A stretch of DNA of 64,000 bases from assembly GCF_009914755.1 (NCBI RefSeq), contig NC_060933.1; one strand, written 5' to 3'. A program made the position numbers and the translations under genes. Source of the DNA: the human T2T-CHM13v2.0 reference genome, Homo sapiens. The notes beneath the pieces were generated by a model. That model was not told the DNA's origin and ran no database searches. It saw only the letters and a program-made list of their open reading frames with translations. Of this stretch, positions 44,794 to 59,792 are shown piece by piece. The stretch's first letter is position 1; each line of letters begins with the position of its first letter.

Positions 44794-45438
44794 TCAGGAG
44801 ACTGAGACAAGAGAATTGCTTAAACCTGGGAGGCGGAGGTTGCAGTGAGCCGAGATGGCACCACACTGCACTTCCAGCCTAGGCAACAGAAGGAGACTCT
44901 GTCTGGGAAAAAAAAAAAAAAAAAAAAAGTTCCTCATTAACATTTTACCTAGAAGCCATTGAGGATCATTTCCCATATCTATTATTTCGTTAGGGATTGC
45001 ACAATGGTAATGTTCTAATATTCCTTTTTGCATTTATTAGCTGGTATTGTTCTATAAAGAAGAGCTTTTCCTCTATCAGATTATCCTGAAATGCAGTTAG
45101 TACAGGAATAACAGAATAAATGCTTTTTTCCTTTTTATTTACCAATTTTCAGAATTACAAATTGGTCCCTACCAACCTTCAAAATCAAACAATACGGTTT
45201 CTTTTTTTGGAGCACGTGTGTGGTAGAAGGAGGGTAACTATGAACTCATAGTTTTTTTTATATTTTTTTACTTGCTTTCAAAATACTATTTTTGGTTCTC
45301 AAAGTATTTCTAGGCTTCTCTCTAAATACCATTGTGACCTATTTGTTTCTTCTCACTTTGACTCAGGCTTCGTCAAAGTTATTGAGCCTTGGCTGGGCAC
45401 AATGGCTCATGCTTTGGGAGGCTGAGGCAGGAGGATTA

Positions 45439-45903
<465 letters not shown>

Positions 45904-47559
45904 TGATCCTCCTGCCTCGGCCTCCCAAAGTGCTGGGATTACAGGCGTGAGCCACCACGCCCGGCCAAAGCAACATGTTTATGTTTTTTTAAAAAAGGAA
46001 CAAAGCTGTTGAGCCTTAATAATTGCATTCTACTCCTGCAACCAAATACAGGTTAGTATTCTATATCAACTGACTCTTAGTCTATCTTGAGAGTGGCAAA
46101 ATGGGAATGGCGAAGAAAGGGAGAGAATTCCTAGGTTTGTCCTGTCTCCAGACAGGAAGTTGGATTAGTGCTTTCTTTTCCTTTTCCTTTTTTTTTTTTC
46201 TTTTGAGACATAGTCTGGCTCTATTGCGCAGGCTGGAGTGCTGGAGTGCAATGATGCAATCTCAGCTTGCTGCAACCTCTGTCTCCCAGGTTCAAGTGAT
46301 TCTCCTGATCTCAGCCAAGATCGTACCATTGCACTCCAGCTTGGGCAACAAGAGTGACATTCCATCTCAAAAAAAAAAGAAAGAAAAGAAAAGAAATATG
46401 AGGTATGGTCTTTGTGCATTTTAATCCCTAGACTGTAACTAGTTACATGATCATGGCTAAAGCCAGCTCTATCCCTGGGCTTATTTTGTTGATCACTACA
46501 ATTGCTTTTTCACTATGCTAGTTTTAGTTTGATTTATTTCATTTAAAACTAAAACATCCTTAACCCAAAGGGATAAAAGAAAGGAAAAGATACACAGTGT
46601 ATGGAAAAAAGAGAAATTTAGATGAATGGCACAATAATATATTTCTCCAAACTTCCAATTGTTTAATCAATAAATTGTATACCTGCAAGGAATTTTACAA
46701 ATTACAGGCATGCATCACATAACAATGATTTGGTCACCCATGAACTGCATACACCATAGTATATGGTATCCCATGAGATTATCCCATCCCAGTGGGACAA
46801 GACCAGACACAGACCCTTCAATTCCTCATTCTTTTTTACAATTTTTTTTTTTTTTTCCGTAGAGACGGGGTCTTGCTATGTTGCCTAGGCTGGTCTTGAA
46901 CACCTGGGCTCAAGTAATCCTCCTGTGTGGGCCTCTCAAAGTGGTGGGATTACAGATGTGCATCACCATGCTCAGCCCAATTCCTCATTCTTTGTCTCTC
47001 TATTAGAACTCTTTGTCCACCTAAAACCAGCATGACACAGAGATAAATATTTCCTGTTTGGCAACTGACTGAGACTTCTGATTGCAAAACAATCCCACAT
47101 GTAAGTCCTCCACCTGTAACTTGTATACTCCTCTCTATAAAAGTCTAAGGCAAAACCACCCTGCCAAGAGACTCTGATCTTTGGATTTGGAGTGCTTTTC
47201 CTATTGTAATAGCCTGAATAGATCAATTCCCTTACTTGTTTAGGTTTTGTATTTGACTATAGCACCCACCAAAAAGCTGGAAATTTTAAACTAAAGCAAA
47301 AAACAGCACACCTCGAGAAAGACGGGTCACAGAGTTGCAAGGAAAAGGAAGGTCTAGTTGCCTCAAAGCTGATCCCCTAGGTCATATACAGTCATTAAAT
47401 CCGCATCTGGGGCAGACTGGGGTGCCAGCCTGACTAAGCCATTATCCATTCAGCTTCAGGGGAGGGGACACTGTGAGGAAGCTCAATACATGATTTCTGA
47501 ATTGAATGAAACAAAATCTATTAATTTGCCTTGGTGCTAATTAGGGAGAAGTTTAAGGT

Positions 47560-48173
47560 TGATAAAGGAAAAAAAGCAGCCCCTGATAAAAAGCTGGCCT
47601 GGCACCCACAGCTATACCAGTTAGTCTTCTGTTGGACATAATCACTTTCCTAGCCTTCTTGGCAGTTAGTTGTGGTCACGTGACTAAATCCTAGTAAGAT
47701 GAAACCAAAGTGGAATGTGGTGGCTACCAAAGCCTTTCTTGTCAACCCTTTGTTTTTTTCTTTCTTTCTTTCTTTTTTTTTTTTTTTAGAGACTGGATCA
47801 GAAAGGTTACTCAGAGACCATGATAAAGTAAGACTAAATAAGGCCACTTCAGAATTTTGCCTAACCACAGAAAAATACAAGGGCATCGTGCCGTACAAAG
47901 TACCCAAACATCCTATCTCCACTAAAATGAGTGACTGCTGACTTCTTTACCAATGACAGCTTTATCCTTACTCTTGTCTGCCCTCCCTATAGAAAAAATT
48001 TGAGGCAGTCAATGGTAGAGCAGCCAATAGTATAACTGATCCTGCTTTCTGAGAGTATCCAATCTCAACAGAACAGTTTCCTTAGACCCTGCCCCAAATA
48101 ATCCTCCTACTGAGTCACCCCATGCTACAAGTAATAAATCTAACCTGTTTACTTTGGTTGGAAAGCATTGACA
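47560..48173 (+). mobile_element. Solo ERV1-class LTR carrying a non-LTR insert at 47643-47799
   Basis: TG...CA termini, 4-bp TSD AGGT (47556-47559 and 48174-48177) and AATAAA at 48133. Confidence 0.7.
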
Positions 48174-49121
48174 AGGTGCCTTGGCTAAACAACTTGAGTT
48201 CATAGAGTGAGGCAAATCATTAGGAGGCCTCTGAAGAAAAATAATTGAAATTTGTTTACAAAACAAAATATTTTATAACTGATGGCAAATCAAAGGCTAC
48301 TAAAGGAAACTGAGTCACCAAAGAATTAGAAAAGACTTCTCTGAATGGAGGACTGTGCCAGGGAGTTTCAGGAGGCTGTGCACATTTTCATTACCTTTAA
48401 AAGGGTGTGCAGAATGAATCAACACAACTGAAAACACTTTCAGAACTTAATTCTACATTCCATTCTCTTCTGGAACGTCAGGAGCTAGCCCCATGTTAAT
48501 TATGTTCCCCCAGACTACCCTGAAATCCAAGAGGGATGTTATCTCCACACAAATCCCCAAAAACCAAAAATGTTAGAACTAGAACACTACCATTTTGCAA
48601 TCCCTAATGAAATAATAGATCTGAAAAATAATCATCCATGGCTGTTAAAGCCATTAGGCAAAATGTTATTTTAATGCTCTTAGTCTGTATCAGGTAAGAA
48701 AACTATAAAATCCACTTAATGGGTGGCAAAAACTTCTTGCTGTTTCCCAGTATCCACCCATACTTTTTTTTTTTCTCGAGACTGGGTCTCACTCTGTTGC
48801 CCAGGTTGAAGTGCAGTGGTGATCATTGCTCACTGCAGCCTCGACCTCCTGGGCTCAAGCGATCATCCCGCCTTTGGCTTCCCAAAGTGCTGGGATTATA
48901 GGAATGAGCCATTGTGCCCAGGCCCATCCATACTCTCTACACAGTTTAGCTGGTATCCAATGCCCATAATACATGCCACTTTCCTAGCCTTCTTGGCAGT
49001 TAGTTGTGGTCACGTGACTAAATTCTAGTAAGATGAAACCAAAATGGAATGTGGTGGCTACTAGAGCCTTTCTTGTCAACTCTTTTTGTTTCTTCCTTAT
49101 TTTTTTTTAAGAGACTGGATC
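47643..49121 (+). repeat. Dispersed direct repeat: 47643-47799 and 48977-49121
   Basis: CACTTTCCTAGCCTTCTTGGCAGTTAGTTGTGGTCACGTGACTAAAT...GAGACTGGATC occurs twice, with about 5 substitutions outside the T-tract. Confidence 0.92.
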
Positions 49122-50339
49122 TCGCTACATTGCCCAGGCTGGACATGAACTCCTACGTTCAAGGGATCCTCCTACCTCAGTTCCTCCCCACCACACAGTG
49201 GCTGGGACCATAGGAGCGAGCCACTGCACCTGGCTTCAACCCTTTCTTTCTACTCTTCTTTATTGCTTCAATCCTGCTGGCTAGATTAGAATGCAGGCAT
49301 CCAGGATTGATTCCAGGTTATGCTCAGTGGCAGAAGAGAAAAGGCAGCTGGGTCTGGGAAACCATGGCTCACAGCTGTAAACGCGGTGCTTTGGAAGGCC
49401 AGTGGCAGGAGGACTGCTTGAGCCTAGGAGTTCGAGACCAACCTGAGCAACATAGTGAGACCCCATCTCTACAAAAAATTTAAATTAGCCAGATATAGTG
49501 GCATGCGCCTGTGGTCCCAGCACTTTGGGAGGATTGCTTGAGCCCAGGAGTTCAAGGTTACAATGAGCTATGATCTCACGACTGTGCTCCAGCCTGGGTG
49601 ACAGTGAGACCATCTCTAAAAAAATAAAAAATAAAAAATAAAAAAAAAGAGAGTGGAGAAGGAGAAGAAAAAGAGGGGGGAGGGGAAAGAAGGGAAGAAG
49701 AAGGAGGAGGGCAGAGAAGCAAAGGGGAGGAGAAGAGGGAAAGGGGGAAGGGAAGACAGGAAGTGCCAGAAGGGTGGCAGGAGCAGAGGCCCAGAGATTA
49801 CACTGGAAACTGTTATGATGCTTTCTGGTACAAGTTACAGAAAACTAATTCAAGATGCTGGAAATAATAAGGTAATGTGTTTATTATCTCAAGTATGAAG
49901 TCCATGGATAGGATGGGCTCAGGCATGGAAAGTATAGCTGGGCTCTAGCTCCACAAAATGGCTACCTGCATGATAGCAGGTATCATGCTAAAAGCATTGC
50001 TCAGAGGAAGAAAAGGGAACTTTGTCCTATATCTCTTTCTTAAAAGTGAAGAATCCTTTTCTAGAAGCTTCCCAGCAGACTTGTCATCCAGTGTCACTGT
50101 CCAGAACTAGATTATATACCCATTATCAAAGCAATCACAGGCAAGGAGAGTAAAGTGACCAGGAATAGTAAACCATTCATACAAGATCTACCTCCAGAAC
50201 TGGGGATGGGATCACCATCCCCTGAGTCATACAGGACAGGGATAGACACAGGACCACTCCTATGGTTGTGCAAGTTGTGTAGTGCACAACTCCAGGAGGC
50301 CTCACTCACAGTCATTTGTAAGGTTATTATGACAAATTT

Positions 50340-50355
50340 CCAGCAGATGGCAGTA
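50340..50355 (+). promoter_or_regulatory. CTCF-like motif CCAGCAGATGGCAGTA, apparently in a MER91-like fossil
   Basis: Matches the CTCF core CCASYAGRKGGCR. Nearby TGTGCAAGTTGTGTAGTGCACAAC resembles MER91 (family call from memory). Confidence 0.5.
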
Positions 50356-50612
50356 AAGTGCTTGGGAAAAGGGCATCTTTTTCTGACTTTTCTGAAGTCA
50401 CAGCAAGCAGACAAGGTAGATACCTAACAAAATCAAGATTCTGTTAGAAGGAATGTGGCGGGGGTGGTGGGAAATGAGTACTTGACAGGTAATGAGAGTT
50501 CTGCAGCAGAAGGTAAATAATCTAACTTACAGTAAACCTTTTAAAATTATATATAGTAAATTCTATTTTAATGAAATAATCCATTCCAGGTTTAAGAAAA
50601 ATTTTGAATATT

Positions 50613-50618
50613 TTTATT
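50613..50618 (-). terminator. Probable QNG1 polyadenylation signal AATAAA (3' UTR ~1.2 kb)
   Basis: TTTATT on the + strand, about 1.17 kb downstream of the stop codon, with U-rich sequence further downstream on the minus strand. Confidence 0.65.
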
Positions 50619-51372
50619 GAATTCCAATATAGTTACTCTGAAAAAACAAATTAGACAGATATCCTAAATTGAAAATCATGATGTACAAAACCCACTGTCA
50701 TTACCAATAAAAAGTTTAAAATAAAGTGTCAAGATTGATTTTTACAAGAACAGCATTCATATATCAAAAACCTCTCTCTTTTTTATACCAAATGATTAAG
50801 GTATACTGAAAATTACACACCTCAAGAAAATATATCAGTAGATGAAATATTATCACTGAAGATTAGTCACATAAGGCATGATTAGTTTTGGGAAATTTAA
50901 ATAAAATATTAAAGTTCCTTCACGATTTCCGTCAACTACATGTCCACAGGGGGGAAAAAAAAAAAACATAAGTCAAAACTAAACAGGCAGACAAATGATA
51001 AAGTTGGGAATACATAGCGATGTCAGGAATTTTTTTTTTTTGAGACAAGGTCTCCATCTGTTGCCCAGGATAGAATGCAGTGGCGTGACTGTGGCTCACT
51101 GCAGCCTCAAACCCCTGGGCTCAAGCAATCCACCCTCCTCAGCCTCAGCCTACCGCGTATTTGGGATTACAGAGCGTGCCACCATGCTAGGCTAATTTTT
51201 AAATTTTTGTAGAGATGGGGGTCTCCCTATGTTGCCTAGGCTGGTCTTGAACTCCTCGCCTCAAGCAATCCTCCTGCCTTGGCCTCCCAAAGTGCTAAGA
51301 TTATACATATGAGCCACCACATCTGGCCTAGGAAGTTTTGTTGTTGTTGTTGTTGTTGTTGTTGTTTTTTGA

Positions 51373-51531
<159 letters not shown>

Positions 51532-51790
51532 TAGTAGAGATGGGGTTTCACCATGTTGGCCAGGTGGTCTCAAACTCCTGACCTCAGATGATCCACCCGC
51601 CTCAGCCTCCCACAGTGCTGGGATTACAGGCATAAACCACTGTGCCCGGCCTAGGAAGTATTTTTCAAGTGAGAATGGGCAATCAATTTCCTATAACCTC
51701 GATCATGTTCTCTAAATATCAAAGCAAAACTGTACAGATGATATGATATAAAACGCAGGGGGTTTTCTTTGGATCAGTTTACACTTGAGG

Positions 51791-52023
51791 TCAATAATAT
51801 ATGCAACGTATGCGATGAAACGGAATTCCTTTCATATCTTCCCTATGGTCATGGGCATAGTCCCATAAGTAATAATCCAGAAGAATGGAATTGATCTCTC
51901 CATTAGGTTTTTCACCCTTTTGTTCAATAAGCTCCAGAAGACAATCCCGGATCAGCTCAACACACCAAAGCGAGCACCCTCTGATTTCCACCTCTTGCCT
52001 GTCTCCATATGAGAGCATTTCTC
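51791..52023 (-). CDS. QNG1: QNG1 (C9orf64) last coding exon, queuosine 5'-monophosphate N-glycosylase/hydrolase (DUF2419 family)
   Basis: Acceptor ttttcccccttgcag|GA. Reads (G)[22 protein letters not shown]...[14 protein letters not shown]...[13 protein letters not shown], with family motifs EVEIR, LDYYLW and a C-terminal IYY. Confidence 0.93.
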
Positions 52024-52483
52024 CTGCAAGGGGGAAAAGCAGTAAGAAAAATTAATAGTCAATGATACATAATCTACTTGAACTTTCCTGTAGAACAAAA
52101 CAGAGTATTTAAATGGTACTCATTTTAAAACTGTAAATCTCAGACGTTATTTTTGGTAATTTAAATCATTTCAAAACTTTCGCACTGATTTTAAATTACA
52201 AGTTAAATTCCACAAAGACAGGGGCCATATCTGGCTTGTCTCAATATTCCCAGGAGCTAGCATAGCACCTTGCACATACTAGCTCCCCAATAAATATTTG
52301 ATAAATGAGTAAGTGGTAACCATAAATTTAAAACTATGACTGCTAGTTATTAAAAAGATGGAATTTAAAATTGGGTTTGATACCAGAAATAAAATTATTG
52401 TAGGCTGGGTGCAGTGCCTCACCTCTGTAATGCTAGCAATTTGGGAGGCTGAGGTAGGAGGATTACTTGAGCTCAGGAGTTCA

Positions 52484-52885
<402 letters not shown>

Positions 52886-53522
52886 CTATGCAAAGGTACT
52901 GTGTGTTTCCATATTTTTCTTATGAGAGAAGTCAGGAAGTTTGATTTTTATGTGAAATCTCCTAATTTTCAAGTGTTGGAAACTAATTAAAAATTGCTAG
53001 GCCATTTTTCAGGCCAAACCTAACACAACTGCAAGCTGTATTTGGCCTCTGGCCACCAAACTGCACCCATGCACAAAGTCTCACAGTACCCAGGATATCT
53101 TGTGACCTTAAGTAGTGTTACTTATGCCCCCTCCATCCAACTCTCCCATGGGCTTAGGCACTGGTCAGTGGAACAGGTGGGGAAACAGTGATTAACCAGG
53201 TTCCTCCATTTCCTTACTTTGCCCCAGGTGCTAGCATAGAAGCCCATACCTTCCTCTTCAGTTTTGCTGTTAATCATTTCCTCCAAATTTGACTATCAAC
53301 TTGCTAAAACTGCCAAATCAGCCAACAGAGTGGCCACGGAGGCAGACGCTCCCACCCGAGTAGAGCTATCAGGTAAGACACTGCTCCACTTGGCGGCTGG
53401 ACTGTAACCTTGAGGCAGAGGTACAAAGTTAAGCAGCACTCAGGTTCCTGACCCAGGATCATAAATGTCTGTTGTTTTAACCACTAAATTTTAGCGTAAT
53501 TTGTTACACAGCAATAGATAAT

Positions 53523-54480
<958 letters not shown>

Positions 54481-56158
54481 TAACTAATGCAGCAACTTAC
54501 AGTATGGGATAGAACATGGACTTCAGACAGAAAAAGACATTTAAGTGGACTGACATAGATTAGAGTCAGGGAAGGTAATATGGCCCAGGTATTTGGTCTA
54601 AAAACTGGCCCTGGAATCACAGTGAAAAGCTAACTTTAGTTAAATTGCATTGTTAGTCTTTATAATTGGCCAAGTACTACGTCTTTGGTGAAGAGATGGG
54701 TTAAAGACAGTGGACAGAAATCTAAGTGGCACTTCCAAGGGTTGTCCCTGAGATACCCAGATGAGGGGAGAAGGGAAAGAATATAAATGTAGCAAATCCT
54801 CAAGTTTGGAAGTACCATTGGAAGCCAGTTAAGGAAGGTCCTACCTCACCTGGTCAAATTAAGCTGGTCCTAGATTTCACTTAAGGTAGTTTTTAAAAAT
54901 GAGTACACTATACTTATGTTTGTTACATTACATTTACAGTTTGTTTATTTTTGGTCTAGTTTTGCAGTAACATACCTTTTGGAAAACAAAATCCAAATTT
55001 TACTTAAATGCACTAAGTGGCAAAAGAATTTGTCCACCCTGTATCAAACTAGCTACGGATAGGAGAGTACCCTTTTAGAAGCAAGGCATAAATGGAGGCA
55101 GTAATGAGTGCCAGTGGATATTGGAAAAGAGCCTCTGGAGTTGAAATGGATGGGAGAAGAAAATTCTGACATCTCTGTACAACTATGCTGGATGATCCCT
55201 TCTCACTAGGGTTTTTCTCATAGTAGCAGAGACAATTAAGTGCCATAAAAACTGAGAAGGAGATGGACAAATCACTATAAGTGAGGACAGCATTTGAGTG
55301 AAGCCTCTGTGATGTATAGGATTTGAATTGAAAAAAAGAAGCTGGGCGTGGTGGCTCACGCCTGTAATCCCAGCACTTTGGGAGGCTGAGGAGGGTGGAT
55401 CATGAGGTCAGGAGTTCAAGACCAGCATGACCAGTGTGGTGAAACCCCGTCTCTACTCAAAATACAAAAATTAGCCAGGCATCGTGGCATGCGCCTGTAA
55501 TCCCAACTACTCAGGAGGCCGAGGCAGGAGAATGGCTTGAACCTGGGAGGCGGAGGTTCTGGTGAGCCGAGATCACGCCACCACACTCCAGCTTGGGCAA
55601 CAGAGCGTCTCAAAAAAAAAAAAAAAAAAAAAAAAAAAGAAAGAACACTGGACGATGGAAACCACGTAAGAGAATACTCAGAGACAGGAATGAACAGTGT
55701 GTACAAAACAAAAAAAAAGCAGCTTAATATGGCCATATGAAAAATAAGCCCTGATTGCTAAATGTTGTCCCTTTTAAAGGTATCCAACAATTAGTGACCC
55801 TTGACATGGGCATGATGACAAAAAATAGCATGTTCTTTTTCAAATGAGGAAATGGAAGACAAAACAGATTGCCCATGGCAGCATAAAAACCCAGTAGAGC
55901 CAACCATAGGAATAATGGTACCTTTATATTCTGTGTTATTCTGATCTGGGGGATTCAAATCTATTTCACAAGAGGAAATTATTCAATCATAGAATCTACT
56001 TCTTTTAAAAAAATACATAAGGCCGGGGTGGTGGCTCACACCTGTAATCCCAGCACTTTGGGAGGCCGAGGTGGGTGGATCACAAGGTCAGGAGATCGAG
56101 ACCATCCTGGCTAACACGGTGAAACCCCGTTTCTGCTAAAAATACAAAAAATTAGCTA

Positions 56159-56335
<177 letters not shown>

Positions 56336-57073
56336 TCACGCCTGTAATCCCAGCACTTTGGAAGGCTGAAGTGAGAAGACTGCTTAAGCCCAGGAATTCA
56401 AGACCAACCTGGGCAACATATTTTTTAAATAAAATAAAATAAAGAAAAAAGTAGCAGAAAATTTTGCACCTAAAAGAGAAATTAACATGAAAATCATATA
56501 ATTATTTTCCTCATACAAGGAAATGTTATAAGCTAATTTTCACACAAACTTTTCAACCCAATTTACCTAAGCTTATATATCATAAGGCTCCTAGTCTTGA
56601 TATCAATAATCATATCCAATAATGGCGAATAAGCCTAAGGAAGTGAGTGACTTGTGCAAGATATCCCAGTGCAGACCTTGGAGTCTCTTCACTCAAAAGC
56701 CAATTCATATTACCTATCTTTCAACCTACCTTCATATAACCATGTAGTGTGCTCTTCAGCTTAACACTCTTCAAATACTATAACTGATGAACTATCAGTG
56801 TTACATACTTTCATGTAACATAAATTTAGGTTTCATTAGGCTATGAAATTATAATGTTCAAATAGCACAATTTTCTACAATATCCACATTTCACAGTGTA
56901 AACAAAAAGAAAAATCATTTTCTCTACATTTTGTCTTTGCATTTTCCTTTTTACATATACTATGAACAATAAATAGTACTTTTTTTTTAAAGCAAAGGAG
57001 ACCTTTTGTAAAAGAAACTAAACCGAGATCCAACAATTCATAGTATAACAAAGAATGACTTAAAGTTGCAAAC

Positions 57074-57269
57074 CTTTGAGAAGCTTCTTCAGTAGGTCAT
57101 CAGAGTATTTCAGGGCTCCAAGATGAGCAAGAACCTGAGGTAATCTATAATCAGCAAACATGGTGATACTGGAGATGTCCTTGAAGCAGCCATCTCCTTT
57201 TCCTTCCAATACACTCCACGTATCTGCTACAAGGATTTGGGCTCGTTTGTAAAAAGAAACTCTTTTCCC
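57074..57269 (-). CDS. QNG1: QNG1 penultimate coding exon (196 nt); upstream exons lie beyond the right edge
   Basis: Acceptor cattcatcag|GGG, donor AAG|gtttgc. Reads [65 protein letters not shown], with conserved FYKRAQIL and MFADY (catalytic Asp). Phase 1 matches the last exon. Missed by the ORF track. Confidence 0.94.
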
Positions 57270-57559
57270 CTGATGAATGAAGAGAATATAAACGTTATTT
57301 GAGTATCTGAAAGCTTTATATATGCTATTTTTTAAAGGTGCAGTTGAAACATTTTTTAAAAGGCAGAATAATCTTACTTTGTTGGTAAGAATTTATAGAT
57401 TGGCCGGGCACCATGGCTCCCGCCTGTAATCCCAGCACTTTGGGAGGCTGAGGTGGGCAGATTGCTTGAGCCCAGGAGTTCAAGACCAGCCTGTGAAACA
57501 TGGCATAACTCCAACTCTACAAAAAAAAAAAATTAGCTGGGCGTGGTGGCACACATCTA

Positions 57560-57658
<99 letters not shown>

Positions 57659-57789
57659 TTACAGAGGGAGACCCTGTCTCAAAAAAAAAAAAAAAAAATT
57701 CATAGATCTTTTACAAGAAACAAAAGGATTTAATGAACATTAAATTTTCTATCACTCCAAACTCGCTTCCCATTTTTCAAGGCACATAA

Positions 57790-58044
<255 letters not shown>

Positions 58045-58470
58045 TAATTTTTTGAATTTTTTTAGAAGAGACGGGGTTTCACTGTGTTAGCCGGGATGGT
58101 CTCGATCTCCTGACCTTGTGATCTGCCCGCTTCGGCCTCCCAAAGTGCCGAGATTACAGGTGTAAGCCACCGTGCCTGGCCCAAGGGCTTATTATTTTAA
58201 ATGTGTAGATAGCATTCCTTTTGAAAGTTTCTTAAATTAAAACACGTCTGTTTTTCTGATTGCAATATAATTCACATTAATTGTATAATATACAGCCAAG
58301 TATAGGCCAGGCATGGTGGCTCACGCCTGTAATCCCAGCACTTTGGGAGACTGAGACAGGAGGATCACGAGGTCAGGAGTTCGAGACCAGCCTGGCCCAT
58401 ATGGTAATACCCCGTCTGTACTAAAAATACAAAAATTAGCTGGGTGTGGTGGCGATCGCCTGTAGTCTCA

Positions 58471-58596
<126 letters not shown>

Positions 58597-58987
58597 TTAA
58601 AAAAAAATACAGCAACATACAAAGAATAATCATCCATAAGCTCAGGTCTGAAGAGAACCACAACATTCATTTTTAACTGTTTCCTTTCAGATAATATGAT
58701 TAACTTATTTTATGAAGACATTAATTGATCAACAGCTAGAAAATGATCATATTTACCAATTTTGGAAATGCTCAAAGTTGATATGTAAGTCCAAATATGA
58801 AAATAAAATAGCCAATTATATTTATACATAGAAAAGACAAATTTAACCAAGCATTAGTGGGTTATAATTTAACTAAAAAATTCTAGCTAAGTGTGGTGGC
58901 TTACACTTGTAATCCCATCAATTTGGGAGGCCAAAGCCAGAGGATTGTTTGAAGCCAGAAGTTCAAGACCAGCCTGGAAAACGATGA

Positions 58988-59281
<294 letters not shown>

Positions 59282-59792
59282 TAGAGGCTGCAGTGAGCTG
59301 TGATCACATCACTAAACTCCATCCTGGGCAACTGAGACTCTATCTCAAAAAACAACACCCCAAAAACACTCTGTAAATCTACAAATGCAAATCAGCCTAG
59401 ATTATGGAAAAACATAGATAATTACAATCAACTACTAGTCCTAATACCAATAGTAATAACCTTAAATAATGTTTTATAAATGTTTATCAATATTACTAGC
59501 TCCCAAAATATATCCTGACCACCTTGGAGGAGAATATTTTAACTTGTAAATGACATAAACAAATAAATACGAGATTAAAAGTTTAAGGAAAGGCTCTATA
59601 TAAAAATTCCTTAAGATGACACTACAGATTCTTTTATTTACTAAGAAAATGCCAATGATACCCTGTCATAACAAGAAATAACCTAATATTGCTTAACCTT
59701 AAGATATGCCTATTGTAACAGATCCAGACCTATTTTTATTATACTAAATAAATTAAAACTTCTAAAGCTACATTTAAGAAAGTCAGAATTTG

